Assembly (NCBI GenBank): GCA_004524445.1
Contig: SDNP01000023.1
Span: forward strand, 1-48,190
Origin: Candidatus Thorarchaeota archaeon
GTDB taxonomy: Archaea; Asgardarchaeota; Thorarchaeia; Thorarchaeales; Thorarchaeaceae
Length of the DNA stretch: 48,190 nucleotides
Reading direction: 5' to 3'
In this document: piece by piece, positions 1-9,909 of the stretch
Layout: each line of letters begins with the position of its first letter
Numbering within the stretch: the stretch's first letter is position 1
The notes under the pieces: generated by a model
The model's database searches: none
Told to the model about the DNA's origin: nothing
The model's input: the letters and a program-made list of their open reading frames with translations, nothing else
Translations under genes and position numbers: made by a program

Positions 1-969
1 AGTTGGAGAGAGCAATTACTCACCGCTACCGAGTACGAGGACGTCTATGAGGCAGCTATCGAGATGCAGAGGATTTGGGTACATGCCTGTCCCAATATCA
101 TTGCGTACGAAAATACATTGCTGTCCGCATACCGAAACGATAAGTTCGAGGGCTTCGTCAACGATGTAAGCGACGGAGTTCCAGGCTACTGGACCAACTA
201 CCGTGTCCATTTGAAAGAAGAGCTTGGTGGTCCATTTGGCGACACCTTCCGCTGGAGTAATCCACTGGATATTGACTCGTTCAACACTATGGTCACCTCC
301 TCCGCCTACTCTATGAACATCCTGATGATGCTGTACGACAGCTTGATTACACAGGATGAAGAGGGTGAGGACGTGTTGTGGTTGGCGGAGTCATATGAGG
401 CTGAGACGCATGACGACAACCCTGCTGTTCCAGAAGGGTACACACGGTTCATATTTGACATCATTCAGAATGCAACCTGGACGGATGGAACCCCACTGAC
501 AGCTGAGGATATAGCATTCTCCCTCAACTACTTCAGGGATGCACCTGGCAATCCATATGGAACCGACCTGACTGAGATGACCGCTGCCTATGCTCCAACC
601 ACGTATCGTGTGATTGTTGAGTTCCGCACCGAGTCATTCTGGCACCTCCACACTGTGGGGTACAAGCCAATTCTTCCGAAGCACATCTTCGAGGATATCG
701 GTCTTGAAGGTTGGAACCTTTGGAATCCAATTCCGCCAGATGATGAGATGGTCACCTCTGGCCCCTATAATGTGTCAGACTATGTAGCTGGCGAGTTTGC
801 AGAACTCACTCGCTACGACAATTTCTTCTATGGTTTCGATTATGGAGAAGGTAATGGCGATGATAGCGACGTCTTTCCACAAGAACTACTTCTAGCGGTT
901 GTGGCTGGTGCTGTTGGTGCCGCGGTGGTCATCCTCGTTGGTGGCTATGTCCTGATGCGACAGAGATAG
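1..969 (+). CDS. ABC transporter substrate-binding protein, family 5 (peptide/oligopeptide), 5'-truncated, C-terminal membrane anchor
   Basis: Frame is open from base 1 (SWREQLLTATEYEDVYEAAIEM...). Contains W-DG-PLTAEDIAFS and SGPY motifs of SBP family 5. Ends in a hydrophobic helix plus RQR. Confidence 0.9.
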   Translation, partial: SWREQLLTATEYEDVYEAAIEMQRIWVHACPNIIAYENTLLSAYRNDKFEGFVNDVSDGVPGYWTNYRVHLKEELGGPFGDTFRWSNPLDIDSFNTMVTSSAYSMNILMMLYDSLITQDEEGEDVLWLAESYEAETHDDNPAVPEGYTRFIFDIIQNATWTDGTPLTAEDIAFSLNYFRDAPGNPYGTDLTEMTAAYAPTTYRVIVEFRTESFWHLHTVGYKPILPKHIFEDIGLEGWNLWNPIPPDDEMVTSGPYNVSDYVAGEFAELTRYDNFFYGFDYGEGNGDDSDVFPQELLLAVVAGAVGAAVVILVGGYVLMRQR

Positions 970-979
970 AAACAGTTCA

Positions 980-1011
980 AGGGGACGCTTGTCCCCTATT
1001 TTTCTTATTTT
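980..1011 (+). terminator. Hairpin plus T-tract terminator
   Basis: AGGGGAC-GCTT-GTCCCCT followed by ATTTTTCTTATTTT, 11 nt after the stop codon. Confidence 0.75.
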
Positions 1012-1120
1012 CGTAGATTGAATAATCGGTTGTTCTTTTGTAAATGGATCAACACAAGAACATTTTTCATATGTCTAGCCTATTCAGTACCATGTTCTAA
1101 GAAGGCAGGATGGGACTTAG

Positions 1121-2929
1121 TTGTCAATCGGAATTCGGAATTGCTTCTATGCAATTCTTCTTTCTATGCTCCTTGCAGCAATCATGCCTTTTCCTGTGAC
1201 GTCACAAGGCGTGAATACTCATGCAGGTACCGGTGCCTTCGTGAATAAAATCCTCTACAATGTTATTGAAGGTGAGGACCAGCAAGTGCTTGCCTTACAG
1301 AACGATGAAATAGACCTAATTGGGGAGTTCGTTGACCATGCTTTCTATGACACACTCCAGCAAGCAGAAGGAATTGAAGCCGTCCAAACACCCAGAAACG
1401 GTTATGGATATATCACAATAAACTGTGAGAAGTACCCTCTCAATTTGACCGCGTTCAGGAGAGCCTTTGCTTTTGCACTAGACAAAGAAGCAATCTGTAC
1501 TGATGTTTGGGACGGATTCGCTGTTCCTCAGGATAGCTGTGTGCCGCAGGTCAATCCCTTTTCAATTGAGGGACAATTACCCTACACCTATTATGAGGCT
1601 GAAGTAGACATCGCCAATCATATTCTTGATGAAGAAGGATTCGAAATAGACCCTGAAACCGGATATCGAACTGCTCCAAATGGTACAGCTTTTCATATTG
1701 CCTTGGAGGTTGCGATGTCTTCCAGCACAGCCTATGAAACATGTCGTGTGGCTTCCAATGCTTTGGACGAGTTGAAAATCGAAAACTATGTTGGTTGGCC
1801 TTGGAATCCTTTCCCTCGACTGTACTTCCATGGGGACTATGACATGATGTTCCTAGGTTCTAGCTTCTCCACCTTTGATGTTGATTGGCTTGCCTACGAG
1901 TACTGGTCAGAATATGCTGATGAGCCATACTGGAACTTTCCAATGTTCCAGAACTCGACCTATGATGGTTGGAGAGATCAGCTCCTTCATGCTACCGAGT
2001 ATGAGGACGTCTACGAGGCAGCTATCGAGATGCAGAGAATTTTGGTCTATGAGAGCCCCATAATCATCTGCTATGAGAATACCTTGCTTTCTGCATATAG
2101 GGGGGATAGATTCAACAAATTTGTGCAGGATGTCAACCATGGAATTTCTTGTTACTGGACCAACTACCGTGCTCATCTGAAGGAGCCTGTCGATGGATTG
2201 TTTGGCGGAATACTCCGTTGGAGTACACCTCTGGCTATTGACTCGTTCAATATTATGGTCACCTCCTCTGCGCATTCTATGGACATTCTAAACATGCTAT
2301 ACGATAGCCTCATTATGCAAGATGAGAAAGGCGAGGACGTACTATGGTTAGCAGAGTCCTGTAGAGCTGAAACACATGATGATAATCCATCTGTGCCCGA
2401 TGGTCATACGCGGCTAACTTTCGATTTGGTTCAGAATGCGACCTGGACTGACGGTACTCCTCTAACGGCTGCAGATGTAGCGTTCTCGCTTAACTACTAT
2501 CGAGACGCTCCGGATAATCCGCTGGGCATGGATCTGACTTCGGTGAATGCAATCTATGCTCTAACCGACCATTCAGTTGCAGTCGAATTCCAAACAGAGT
2601 CATACTGGCATGTCCACACCGTCGGATACAAGCCCATCATTCCGAAGCACGTTTTCGAAGACATCGGTGTTGAGGATTGGAGCCATTGGAATCCGGAGCC
2701 CCCCGAGGATGAGATGGTAACCTCGGGTCCCTATAATGTTTCAAATTATGTGCCATGGGATCATACCGAGCTGACGTACAACCCGCATTTCTTCTACAGC
2801 TCTCGTCCTGAACCAACGACATCATATATCGCACCGGTAAGCAACTTGGAACTGTTTGTCACAGCCAGTGCTACAGTTGCTGGAATTATGCTGCTTGCAG
2901 CAATCTACCACCTAGAAAAGCCTGAATGA
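1121..2929 (+). CDS. ABC transporter substrate-binding protein, family 5, paralog of the upstream gene
   Basis: N-terminal signal-like hydrophobic segment, FRRAFAFALDKE, WTDGTPLTAADVAFS, C-terminal TM helix. C-terminal half is highly similar to 1..969. Confidence 0.9.
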   Translation: MSIGIRNCFYAILLSMLLAAIMPFPVTSQGVNTHAGTGAFVNKILYNVIEGEDQQVLALQNDEIDLIGEFVDHAFYDTLQQAEGIEAVQTPRNGYGYITINCEKYPLNLTAFRRAFAFALDKEAICTDVWDGFAVPQDSCVPQVNPFSIEGQLPYTYYEAEVDIANHILDEEGFEIDPETGYRTAPNGTAFHIALEVAMSSSTAYETCRVASNALDELKIENYVGWPWNPFPRLYFHGDYDMMFLGSSFSTFDVDWLAYEYWSEYADEPYWNFPMFQNSTYDGWRDQLLHATEYEDVYEAAIEMQRILVYESPIIICYENTLLSAYRGDRFNKFVQDVNHGISCYWTNYRAHLKEPVDGLFGGILRWSTPLAIDSFNIMVTSSAHSMDILNMLYDSLIMQDEKGEDVLWLAESCRAETHDDNPSVPDGHTRLTFDLVQNATWTDGTPLTAADVAFSLNYYRDAPDNPLGMDLTSVNAIYALTDHSVAVEFQTESYWHVHTVGYKPIIPKHVFEDIGVEDWSHWNPEPPEDEMVTSGPYNVSNYVPWDHTELTYNPHFFYSSRPEPTTSYIAPVSNLELFVTASATVAGIMLLAAIYHLEKPE

Positions 2930-3068
2930 CGATATTCGCATATTTTCAATCTGAATAATTAATCTGCTATTAATTCAATCGGAGTAAATCTTGTCATCAG
3001 AAGGTAACACTAATACGCCACGATGAACGTACTGAATTGGCTGAACGCAGCAATGGAGCGATTGAAGA

Positions 3069-3566
3069 ATGGGAATAATGCGAACCGCAGCAGTAAAAGG
3101 ATTGATTCCACCAGGGAACAAAATAAGCGAACTGAGAGGTAACTTGACTAGACTGATGACTACAATGGCTTCTGTCCTAGAATCTCGTTTTGGGTCAGAA
3201 GGTTTAGACGCAATTTCAGAGATATTCAGGAGGCTTGGTGAAGAGGACGCCAAAGCTATGAAAGACCGCCTATCTCTTGGATCGAGTCTCAAAGATGCAA
3301 TCGATGGGTGGATTGTTGTTGGTAACGTTATGGGTGCAAAGATGGAGGCAAAATGGGACAGCGAGAAACGGGCAGAAACCCATCATCCGTATTGTCCTCA
3401 ATATGAATCATTCAAGGAAGGAGGAACCCTCTACTGTGAATCTATATGTCTGCCATACGTTGAAGCTGTAGCAAAAGGTATTGCCCCTGAAGTAGAGATG
3501 GAAGTTGTAAGGCCCGCCGATGATGATTCGACATGTGTTAAGGCTCTCGTCACTGACGACTCATGA
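3069..3566 (+). CDS. Cys-containing small protein, V4R/ATC-hydrolase-like (uncertain)
   Basis: Helical N-terminal part, then HPYCPQY...CESIC...TC pattern typical of V4R-like metal/ligand-binding folds. Stop overlaps the next start. Confidence 0.55.
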   Translation: MGIMRTAAVKGLIPPGNKISELRGNLTRLMTTMASVLESRFGSEGLDAISEIFRRLGEEDAKAMKDRLSLGSSLKDAIDGWIVVGNVMGAKMEAKWDSEKRAETHHPYCPQYESFKEGGTLYCESICLPYVEAVAKGIAPEVEMEVVRPADDDSTCVKALVTDDS

Positions 3567-4219
3567 TGTGTGTGACCCGAGTGGCTGAGACAGATATCGA
3601 ATTCAGTTCAAATGGTCATACACTAGTTGGAATGCTAAATACGCCATCCAGTGCTGTTTCCCATGCTGCATTGCTTCTACATCCCCATCCGCGCTTTGGG
3701 GGATCGATGGATAATCTAGTGGTCCGTGAACTTGAGCAGATTGCTATAGACTCAGGTATGGCAACTCTGCGCTTCAATTTCCGAGGTGCAACCAGTAATC
3801 CATTTAGTTTTGATGGCGTTTCAGGAGCTGTTGACGATGCGATGGCTGCATTGAACTACATGAAGAAAGAGCTTGGCACTGCAAATCTAGGACTTCTAGG
3901 TTATTCATTTGGGGCATCCGTTGGTCTAGGTGTTGCAGCTCAAGAAAGGCTTAGCTTTCTTGTTTGTCTAAGCGCCTCGTATGACATCTTCTTATCAACT
4001 GGTTTGAAATTGGATGCATTGTCAACAATAGATTGCCCCGTTCTGCTTTTCCACGGCATGGATGATACCGTAATATCCCCGCAGGATGCTGACCGATTTT
4101 CGTATGCCGTCGGGAGTAACTCTGAAGTCGTTCAAATTGCAGATGAAGGACATTTTTATCAAAACTCCATGAATCGGGTCAGAATTAGAATCAAAGATTT
4201 CCTGAGGGCGATTCTATGA
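3563..4219 (+). CDS. Alpha/beta hydrolase
   Basis: HPHPRFGGSMDN, RFNFRG, GYSFG nucleophile elbow, HGxDD and GHF catalytic Asp/His. Confidence 0.9.
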   Translation: MMCVTRVAETDIEFSSNGHTLVGMLNTPSSAVSHAALLLHPHPRFGGSMDNLVVRELEQIAIDSGMATLRFNFRGATSNPFSFDGVSGAVDDAMAALNYMKKELGTANLGLLGYSFGASVGLGVAAQERLSFLVCLSASYDIFLSTGLKLDALSTIDCPVLLFHGMDDTVISPQDADRFSYAVGSNSEVVQIADEGHFYQNSMNRVRIRIKDFLRAIL

Positions 4220-4307
4220 ATCGAATTTCAGGCCGAACAGAAATGCAAACCAACAAATGAGTAGGCTTAAGTGGATTATTCTTTTGGCGAAATCTGGGAT
4301 AACGAGT

Positions 4308-4982
4308 ATGTTGAAGGCTATCATCTTTGACCTTGATGGCACAATAACAAAATTGGAGCTACCACTTGAAGACATGCGTAGAGATACAAAGAACTACTAC
4401 ATAAGAAAGGGACTTCCCGCGAAATTGCTTGATGCCGCGGATGGAATATCGAGTTCTACGGAGAAAGCGAAGACCTACTTTGAGGAGAGTGGAATATCAT
4501 CTCAGGAGTGGAGTAGAATGGAGCGTGAAATAGATAAAATCCTATCTTCTCACGAAGGTGGCTCGGCCCAAGAAGTAACTCTGATGAAAGATTCTCTTGA
4601 AACAGTGAGCAAAATAAAGGAAATGGGTTTCAAGACGGCAATTCTTACGAACAACGGGAGGGCCGCTGTTGATATTATCGCGAAGCAGATTCCTTTGCAT
4701 AGATATTTTGATTTAATACATACTCGCCATGAGGTTCCTAATCCCAAACCATTCCCAGATGGCTTAAACAAAATATTGCGTGATCTCTCCGTGAAACCAG
4801 ACGAGTCGGTTTATGTGGGAGATGCCCTAATCGATGCTGTTGCTGCAAACAGGGCTCAAATAGAGTTCTGGGGAGTTACCACGGGCGAAACATCTGAAGG
4901 TGCTCTAAGAGAAGCCGGTGCAAGTGAGGTTTTTGACAGGTTATCAGGCATTATTGACCTGGCAAGAAAGCGGATGAATTAA
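4308..4982 (+). CDS. HAD-family phosphatase (phosphoglycolate-phosphatase-like)
   Basis: FDLDGT motif I, LTNN, KPxP, VGDxxxD. Start moved to ATG 4308, just before motif I. Confidence 0.9.
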   Translation: MLKAIIFDLDGTITKLELPLEDMRRDTKNYYIRKGLPAKLLDAADGISSSTEKAKTYFEESGISSQEWSRMEREIDKILSSHEGGSAQEVTLMKDSLETVSKIKEMGFKTAILTNNGRAAVDIIAKQIPLHRYFDLIHTRHEVPNPKPFPDGLNKILRDLSVKPDESVYVGDALIDAVAANRAQIEFWGVTTGETSEGALREAGASEVFDRLSGIIDLARKRMN

Positions 4983-5150
4983 CGAAACTGTTACGAAGAG
5001 TGTGTCCATTTGTTAAGACAATATCGGTTTTTTCTTCCTTTTCATGTTCCCTATGTCCAGATAAAGCGGCGAGCGAACCACTTTAGTTCCAATTTGACAG
5101 AATTGCATCTTCTGCCCATCTAGTGCCTAAATTCGGGCATCTAGAACACA

Positions 5151-5194
5151 TATTCCGAACCGCATTATTCGATTCTATTATATACTATTCGATG
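5151..5194. promoter_or_regulatory. Repeated TATTCGA boxes flanking a TATA-like element
   Basis: TATTCCGA (5151), TATTCGAT (5166) and TATTCGAT (5186) around TATTATATA, upstream of the 5258 ORF. Confidence 0.3.
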
Positions 5195-5257
5195 CACTAT
5201 GGCAGTAGAAACCTTCCCTCGTCAGTGAAACACAGGAGCGTTTAGAGAATAAACACA

Positions 5258-5647
5258 ATGATGATAGATGAGGGTCTCTTATCAATTCTGAAGAGTGCAA
5301 ATGGAGCGTATTCCTGCAAGAGACCGCCTATACCCAAAAACTGGAATTCCGTTGACCGTCCTTATGTCGCTCTTCTGCTTCCCGGTGTAGATGAAAAAGA
5401 GGTCTTTAGATTTGTGCTCTCTCAACCACCCAGCGATTTCGGTGACCTTTCTGGTGAGCTCGAAACTGCAGATCTAGATACTCTCCCATCACTTTCCATT
5501 ATCGAGGTAAAGCATAATGGCCACGAGTACTCATACTACAGATTAGACCCAGATGGGTGGAAGAAAGTTGCAGAATCAAAGAGTCCGTTTATGGTCGAAG
5601 TGTTTTCTCATGGAACGCAGCCGATTATTCTGGGCGTAGGAAACTAG
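5258..5647 (+). CDS. Hypothetical protein
   Basis: 129-aa ORF with plausible composition and upstream TATA-like and AGGAG sequences. No recognised motif. Confidence 0.6.
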   Translation: MMIDEGLLSILKSANGAYSCKRPPIPKNWNSVDRPYVALLLPGVDEKEVFRFVLSQPPSDFGDLSGELETADLDTLPSLSIIEVKHNGHEYSYYRLDPDGWKKVAESKSPFMVEVFSHGTQPIILGVGN

Positions 5648-5702
5648 ATTCAATATTCCCCTGGATTTTGAGCACGGCAAGTACCAAACTCATTCATAGC
5701 TT

Positions 5703-6131
5703 TCACAAAGTCTTGCCGAAATAGTATTTCTTGATGTTACTTGGATAGCCTTCAAACTTGCCAAACAACTCATAACCGAGCCCTCTGTAGAACTCGGGGG
5801 CCTGAAAGGAATAAGTGGAAGTCTGAGCGGATATACAGCCATGTTCCTTCGCAACCTTCTCTGCGTTTGCCACAAGTCGTCCTCCATTTCCTCGGTCCCG
5901 ATAGTCTTCAGCTATCCACAATACATCAATCATGAAGCTCTTGTATATCGCTCGTCCCCAGAGTGCTCCTTGGATTTCCCCATTATCATCCTTCAGAACA
6001 AGTTGTATACTTATGCCCGGATCCCTTGATAATCCATCACTTCGTTCCGCATTGAAATGCGAAAGATTCGAATGGATTTTTTCGATATCTTCATCTGATA
6101 GTTCATTTGACATTGTAAGATTAGGGGACAC
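5703..6131 (-). CDS. GNAT N-acetyltransferase
   Basis: LWIAEDYRDRGNGGRL acetyl-CoA motif, TYSFQAPEFYRGLGY. GAGGT Shine-Dalgarno before GTG. Confidence 0.9.
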   Translation of the reverse strand: MSPNLTMSNELSDEDIEKIHSNLSHFNAERSDGLSRDPGISIQLVLKDDNGEIQGALWGRAIYKSFMIDVLWIAEDYRDRGNGGRLVANAEKVAKEHGCISAQTSTYSFQAPEFYRGLGYELFGKFEGYPSNIKKYYFGKTL

Positions 6132-6387
6132 TCGATGACCTCACGTTAATTATGTGCTCGCGTCTGATTCAGACATGTAAATTTTCCCGCGTATCATAAC
6201 ATAACCTGTCAAATATGAGTATCCCCTCTGATTCTACTCTTCAACAGTACACGAGTCAGGTCCTTGTAAAGAGGAAATAGTTGAGATGTGAACCGCTTTC
6301 GTTGCGAGAAGCATTACTATTCCTGATTTCTCTAGTAAATCTCTTCTCAAACGAGATTATATTATATGTGGATTTGAACATAATATG

Positions 6388-6480
6388 AATCGAGAAGCTC
6401 GGGGGCCATCCTCTCATAGAGTGTCATTCTCTCTCCTCCTTCCAACGTTCTTTGGCCCCCGTCACGATTTTTCTGTTTCT
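6388..6480 (+). ncRNA. Candidate small structured RNA
   Basis: Perfect 9-bp GC stem CGGGGGCCA(6400-6408)/TGGCCCCCG(6453-6461), outer AATCG/CGATT, pyrimidine-rich loop, upstream TTATAT and downstream T-tract, in a 530-bp intergenic gap. Confidence 0.4.
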
Positions 6481-6717
6481 TCCTAACGACCTTCTCTTGT
6501 TTTTGATCCTAATCCTGCTTCGTATTTGGTTCCTTTATGAAACCTATTTGAGATATGACGACTAAACTTATATGAAATAATATTAAATAATATGTTGTAC
6601 GAGCTCGCAGGAATCCGCTACAGTATCTCTCTCAGATTCATTAGTTGAAAGCACCGGCAAATGCTTGAACCTGTGAGCTCCTACTCTCACTCCAAATTTC
6701 GTCTTGTTTTCCAGCAA

Positions 6718-7098
6718 ATGTTAAAAGGAAGGCAAAGCTCTCGCAAACCAGAGGAATACGATTTGTCAGGTGCCAGGAAAGCCGTAGATAGTACCATTCG
6801 AAGAATTCTCGTTTACACCGCGGAGATCATAGCATCGATTATCCTGCTCATCATCATTTGTCTTCCACTAGCATTTGTGGTTCCCATGTGGATTCAGCAG
6901 GTGGTTTTTGGCACTCCTACAGCTCAATTGCTTGTCAATCCTATTGCTTGGTTCGGTCCGGTTGGTGCTGTGTTCATCACCTTGGGACTCGGCGGTGTAT
7001 CTTCTGTGGTCGGATATCTCTATGTCACAAGACTTCTCCTGACCGGGGACACGGTTTCGTCGGATTCCGATGCCATACTCTCTGATGAAGACGAATAG
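6718..7098 (+). CDS. Small membrane protein (2 TM)
   Basis: Two long hydrophobic segments and an acidic tail. Start uncertain (6661 or 6718). Confidence 0.7.
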   Translation: MLKGRQSSRKPEEYDLSGARKAVDSTIRRILVYTAEIIASIILLIIICLPLAFVVPMWIQQVVFGTPTAQLLVNPIAWFGPVGAVFITLGLGGVSSVVGYLYVTRLLLTGDTVSSDSDAILSDEDE

Positions 7099-7412
7099 AG
7101 AGACCTACGCTACAAGAAGATGAATAAGATAGAATCCCCCAAGGTCTCTCGTCTATCGGGGTTACCATTGGTTCAGCGTCATAATCCTGATTACATCTAG
7201 GTTTATCACTCCATCTCGCTACCAGAAATCGAAGCTTTAGAGCAGGAATGCAATCTCAATAGTTACTACTAATTTCCTGAAGCTAACCACCGGCCTTAGA
7301 TATGAGTTGCTGAATACATTCAGCTGAAGGCTAATCTACTGATAATGCATCTGATGAAGTTGCTCATGAAGTTAAGATACCAATCGGAATATCTTCAGAC
7401 GTTTTGACCTTC

Positions 7413-8228
7413 TCAAGAGGCTCCGATTTTTTCCTTTAGTTTGGTTACAATCTCTTCAAACCTTTCTGCAGCGACCGCATCGGGTGCCTGAATAACAAAT
7501 GGGGTTCCCCTGTCACTAGCTGTTGTGACTCTGGGATCTAGAGGAAGTGATCCAAGATAGTCGACTTCATATCTCTCACTTGCCTCTTTAGCTGCCCCGC
7601 CACCAAAAATCTGATACGAACTTCCACATTCAGGACAGATGAACTCACTCATATTCTCGATGATTCCCAAGACCGGAACTCCCATCTTGTTCACCAGTTG
7701 TATTGCCCGTCTTGCGTCCTGAACCGCAACTTCCTGTGGAGTGGACACAATAACCACTCCGTCAATGTCGGGAATGGACTGAAGGATACTGAGAATCTCG
7801 TCACCAGTGCCTGGGGGCAGATCTGCTACCATCACGTCTAGTTTTCCCCACTCGACATCTGACAGAAACTGACTAATTGCTCTTGCAACTAGAGGGCCTC
7901 TCCAAGCAACTGCATCATCTTGGTTTCTGAGCAGAAAACCCATGCTCATGACCTTAACCCCAAGTGGGCCTTCAATTGGATGAATCTTGTTCTCTTCTGC
8001 TACAGGATGCTGTCCTTCTAATCCGAGCAGTTTCGGCACGTTGGGACCGTAGATATCAACATCGACTATGCCTGTAGATAATCCCTGTTTTGCGAACGAC
8101 ATGGCCAAGTTAGTGGCAACAGTTGTCTTGCCGACACCGCCTTTACCAGAGAGAACCACTATCTTGTGTTTCACATCTTTCATCGATTCTTTGATTTCTT
8201 CGGGAATTTCGAGCTTTGGCTGTGACAT
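7413..8228 (-). CDS. mrp: Mrp/NBP35 (ApbC) Fe-S cluster carrier ATPase
   Basis: SGKGGVGKTT, DVDIYGPN, WRGP, DLPPGTGD, ENMS-FICPECG. Confidence 0.95.
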   Translation of the reverse strand: MSQPKLEIPEEIKESMKDVKHKIVVLSGKGGVGKTTVATNLAMSFAKQGLSTGIVDVDIYGPNVPKLLGLEGQHPVAEENKIHPIEGPLGVKVMSMGFLLRNQDDAVAWRGPLVARAISQFLSDVEWGKLDVMVADLPPGTGDEILSILQSIPDIDGVVIVSTPQEVAVQDARRAIQLVNKMGVPVLGIIENMSEFICPECGSSYQIFGGGAAKEASERYEVDYLGSLPLDPRVTTASDRGTPFVIQAPDAVAAERFEEIVTKLKEKIGAS

Positions 8229-8299
8229 GAATGCAACCTCTATTTTTGAGAAATTTAGATGAGTTATAAAATGTTAGATGCGACTAAGTTTTAGAACAA

Positions 8300-9112
8300 T
8301 CACTCAAGACGAAACCCTTTGAGAATGGTTTCTGCTAATTCCCTTGTATTTGCAGCTATGAAACTCATTCTATGGTCCAGATTCAGTGGAATTTCGAAGG
8401 GATAACCGGATTCATCAATTACAATTCCTCCTGCCTCTATAACCATATGTGTTCCAGACACATGCACTACAGGAAGTATATTGCGCATATCAACCATGGC
8501 ATCAAGTTTTCCTGCAGCTGTCCAGCAGAGGTCGAGAAGATTGGCTCCTGTTCTTCTCATATCATACACCTGCTGTAATGCTCCTAATGAGGCTGGTCCA
8601 AAATCCGATTTCAAAGCCTTCTTTGTGTCATAAGAAATAATGACCCTCTCAGATAATTTTCTTGATGAGGGCTGTATTGATTTGTTATTTAATTTGGCTC
8701 CTTCTCCCGCAATTGCTAGGTATTCTTCTTCACTGAAGATTGACGTGATCACACTGATTTCAACGTCAGAGGACGTCACTTCATTGTCAAATGGTGCTAT
8801 ACTTATTCCAACTGCGCAAAGAGGAATCCCCCTCGATAAATTGGTTGAACCATCAATAGGGTCAATCACCGCTACATATTCCGGATTTTCTGAAATATCG
8901 ATCTCTCCGACTTCCTCTGTCAAAACGGTGAAATCGTATTTTGAGTTTCGAAGCACCTCAATGATACTGTCCTCTGCTTGCTTATCAAGAAGTAGAGTTG
9001 CATCGCCAAAAGGGTTCTCTCCACCAGTCAGCTCAGCTGCGTCTTCCAGATTATCAAGTACGAGTTTCTTTGCTTTCCGTGCAGCTTTTTGGGCAATACT
9101 AAGTAAGGACAT
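8300..9112 (-). CDS. suhB: Inositol monophosphatase / FBPase family protein
   Basis: TEE, IDPIDGSTN, RRTGA...DLCWTAAG, EAGG motifs. Confidence 0.88.
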   Translation of the reverse strand: MSLLSIAQKAARKAKKLVLDNLEDAAELTGGENPFGDATLLLDKQAEDSIIEVLRNSKYDFTVLTEEVGEIDISENPEYVAVIDPIDGSTNLSRGIPLCAVGISIAPFDNEVTSSDVEISVITSIFSEEEYLAIAGEGAKLNNKSIQPSSRKLSERVIISYDTKKALKSDFGPASLGALQQVYDMRRTGANLLDLCWTAAGKLDAMVDMRNILPVVHVSGTHMVIEAGGIVIDESGYPFEIPLNLDHRMSFIAANTRELAETILKGFRLE

Positions 9113-9230
9113 TGCAATTCAACTCTGAGAGGGACTGAAATATGCTTCCCTATGATATTGGTTTCCCTCACAATTCTTTAAATACGTGAGATTATGACAT
9201 CATCATGTATGGGCTGGTGCGGTATAACCA

Positions 9231-9881
9231 ATGGGTTTCTTAGGCGGTAAGAAGAAGGTCGACACCGAACGCGGTATCTTGGAAATAAAAGGCAGCATGA
9301 ATGCTTTGACCCTGAGGATACGACGTTTAGAAACTAGAATGGCGGAGGAGCGGAAGAAAGCAAAAGAGGCCATGGCGAATGGCAATCGCTCCGGTGCTCG
9401 TTCCCATCTATCTATAGTGGTTGACTTAGAGAATAGAAGAAATCGCTATCAGCAGCAGTTTCTAACATTGGAAACGGCACTTCTAAATCTGGAAGAAGCA
9501 AAAGATCAAGCAGAAGTTCTCCGTGCTTTCAAAATTGCGAACGAGGCCCTTGAGTCTGCAAGGAAGATGCTAAGTCCGACGGAAATACAGCAGCAACTGG
9601 ATAAGTTATCGGATTCCTTTGAGCATATTTCGGTTGCAGGTGAACTACTGTCCGAAGATATCTCAACAACTGGGACTTCGCTTGAATCTGATGAACGTAT
9701 TGAAAGACAACTCGAGCAAATGGAAGCAGAGGTTCTTCTAGAGAAAGAGGGCGTCTTACCTCCATTAGACGAGCAGAAAGAGAAATCAGATAAGGAAAAA
9801 GAAAGCGAAGAACAGAGAATTGATGAATTGCTAGCCAATCTCGAAGAAGAAGCCAAGAAAGAGCGAGAGGCTGAGAGCTGA
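9231..9881 (+). CDS. ESCRT-III Snf7-family protein (Vps20/32/60 class)
   Basis: Basic N-terminal helical hairpin (RIRRLE...AKEAMANGNRSGARSHL), LETALLNLE...EVLRAFKIANEAL pattern, acidic C-terminal half ending in an amphipathic IDELLANLEEE helix. Confidence 0.85.
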   Translation: MGFLGGKKKVDTERGILEIKGSMNALTLRIRRLETRMAEERKKAKEAMANGNRSGARSHLSIVVDLENRRNRYQQQFLTLETALLNLEEAKDQAEVLRAFKIANEALESARKMLSPTEIQQQLDKLSDSFEHISVAGELLSEDISTTGTSLESDERIERQLEQMEAEVLLEKEGVLPPLDEQKEKSDKEKESEEQRIDELLANLEEEAKKEREAES

Positions 9882-9909
9882 GCAAAAACTAGTTAATGGA
9901 GGATTCCTC

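Noticed and set aside
7100-7412. Intergenic palindromes (GCTGAAT-AC-ATTCAGC, TTCAGCTGAA), an ATGAAGTT direct repeat and a CTGATGA motif suggesting a hammerhead or C/D RNA
   Set aside because: No matching GAAA/stems or properly spaced D boxes. Elements are short enough to be chance or a convergent terminator.
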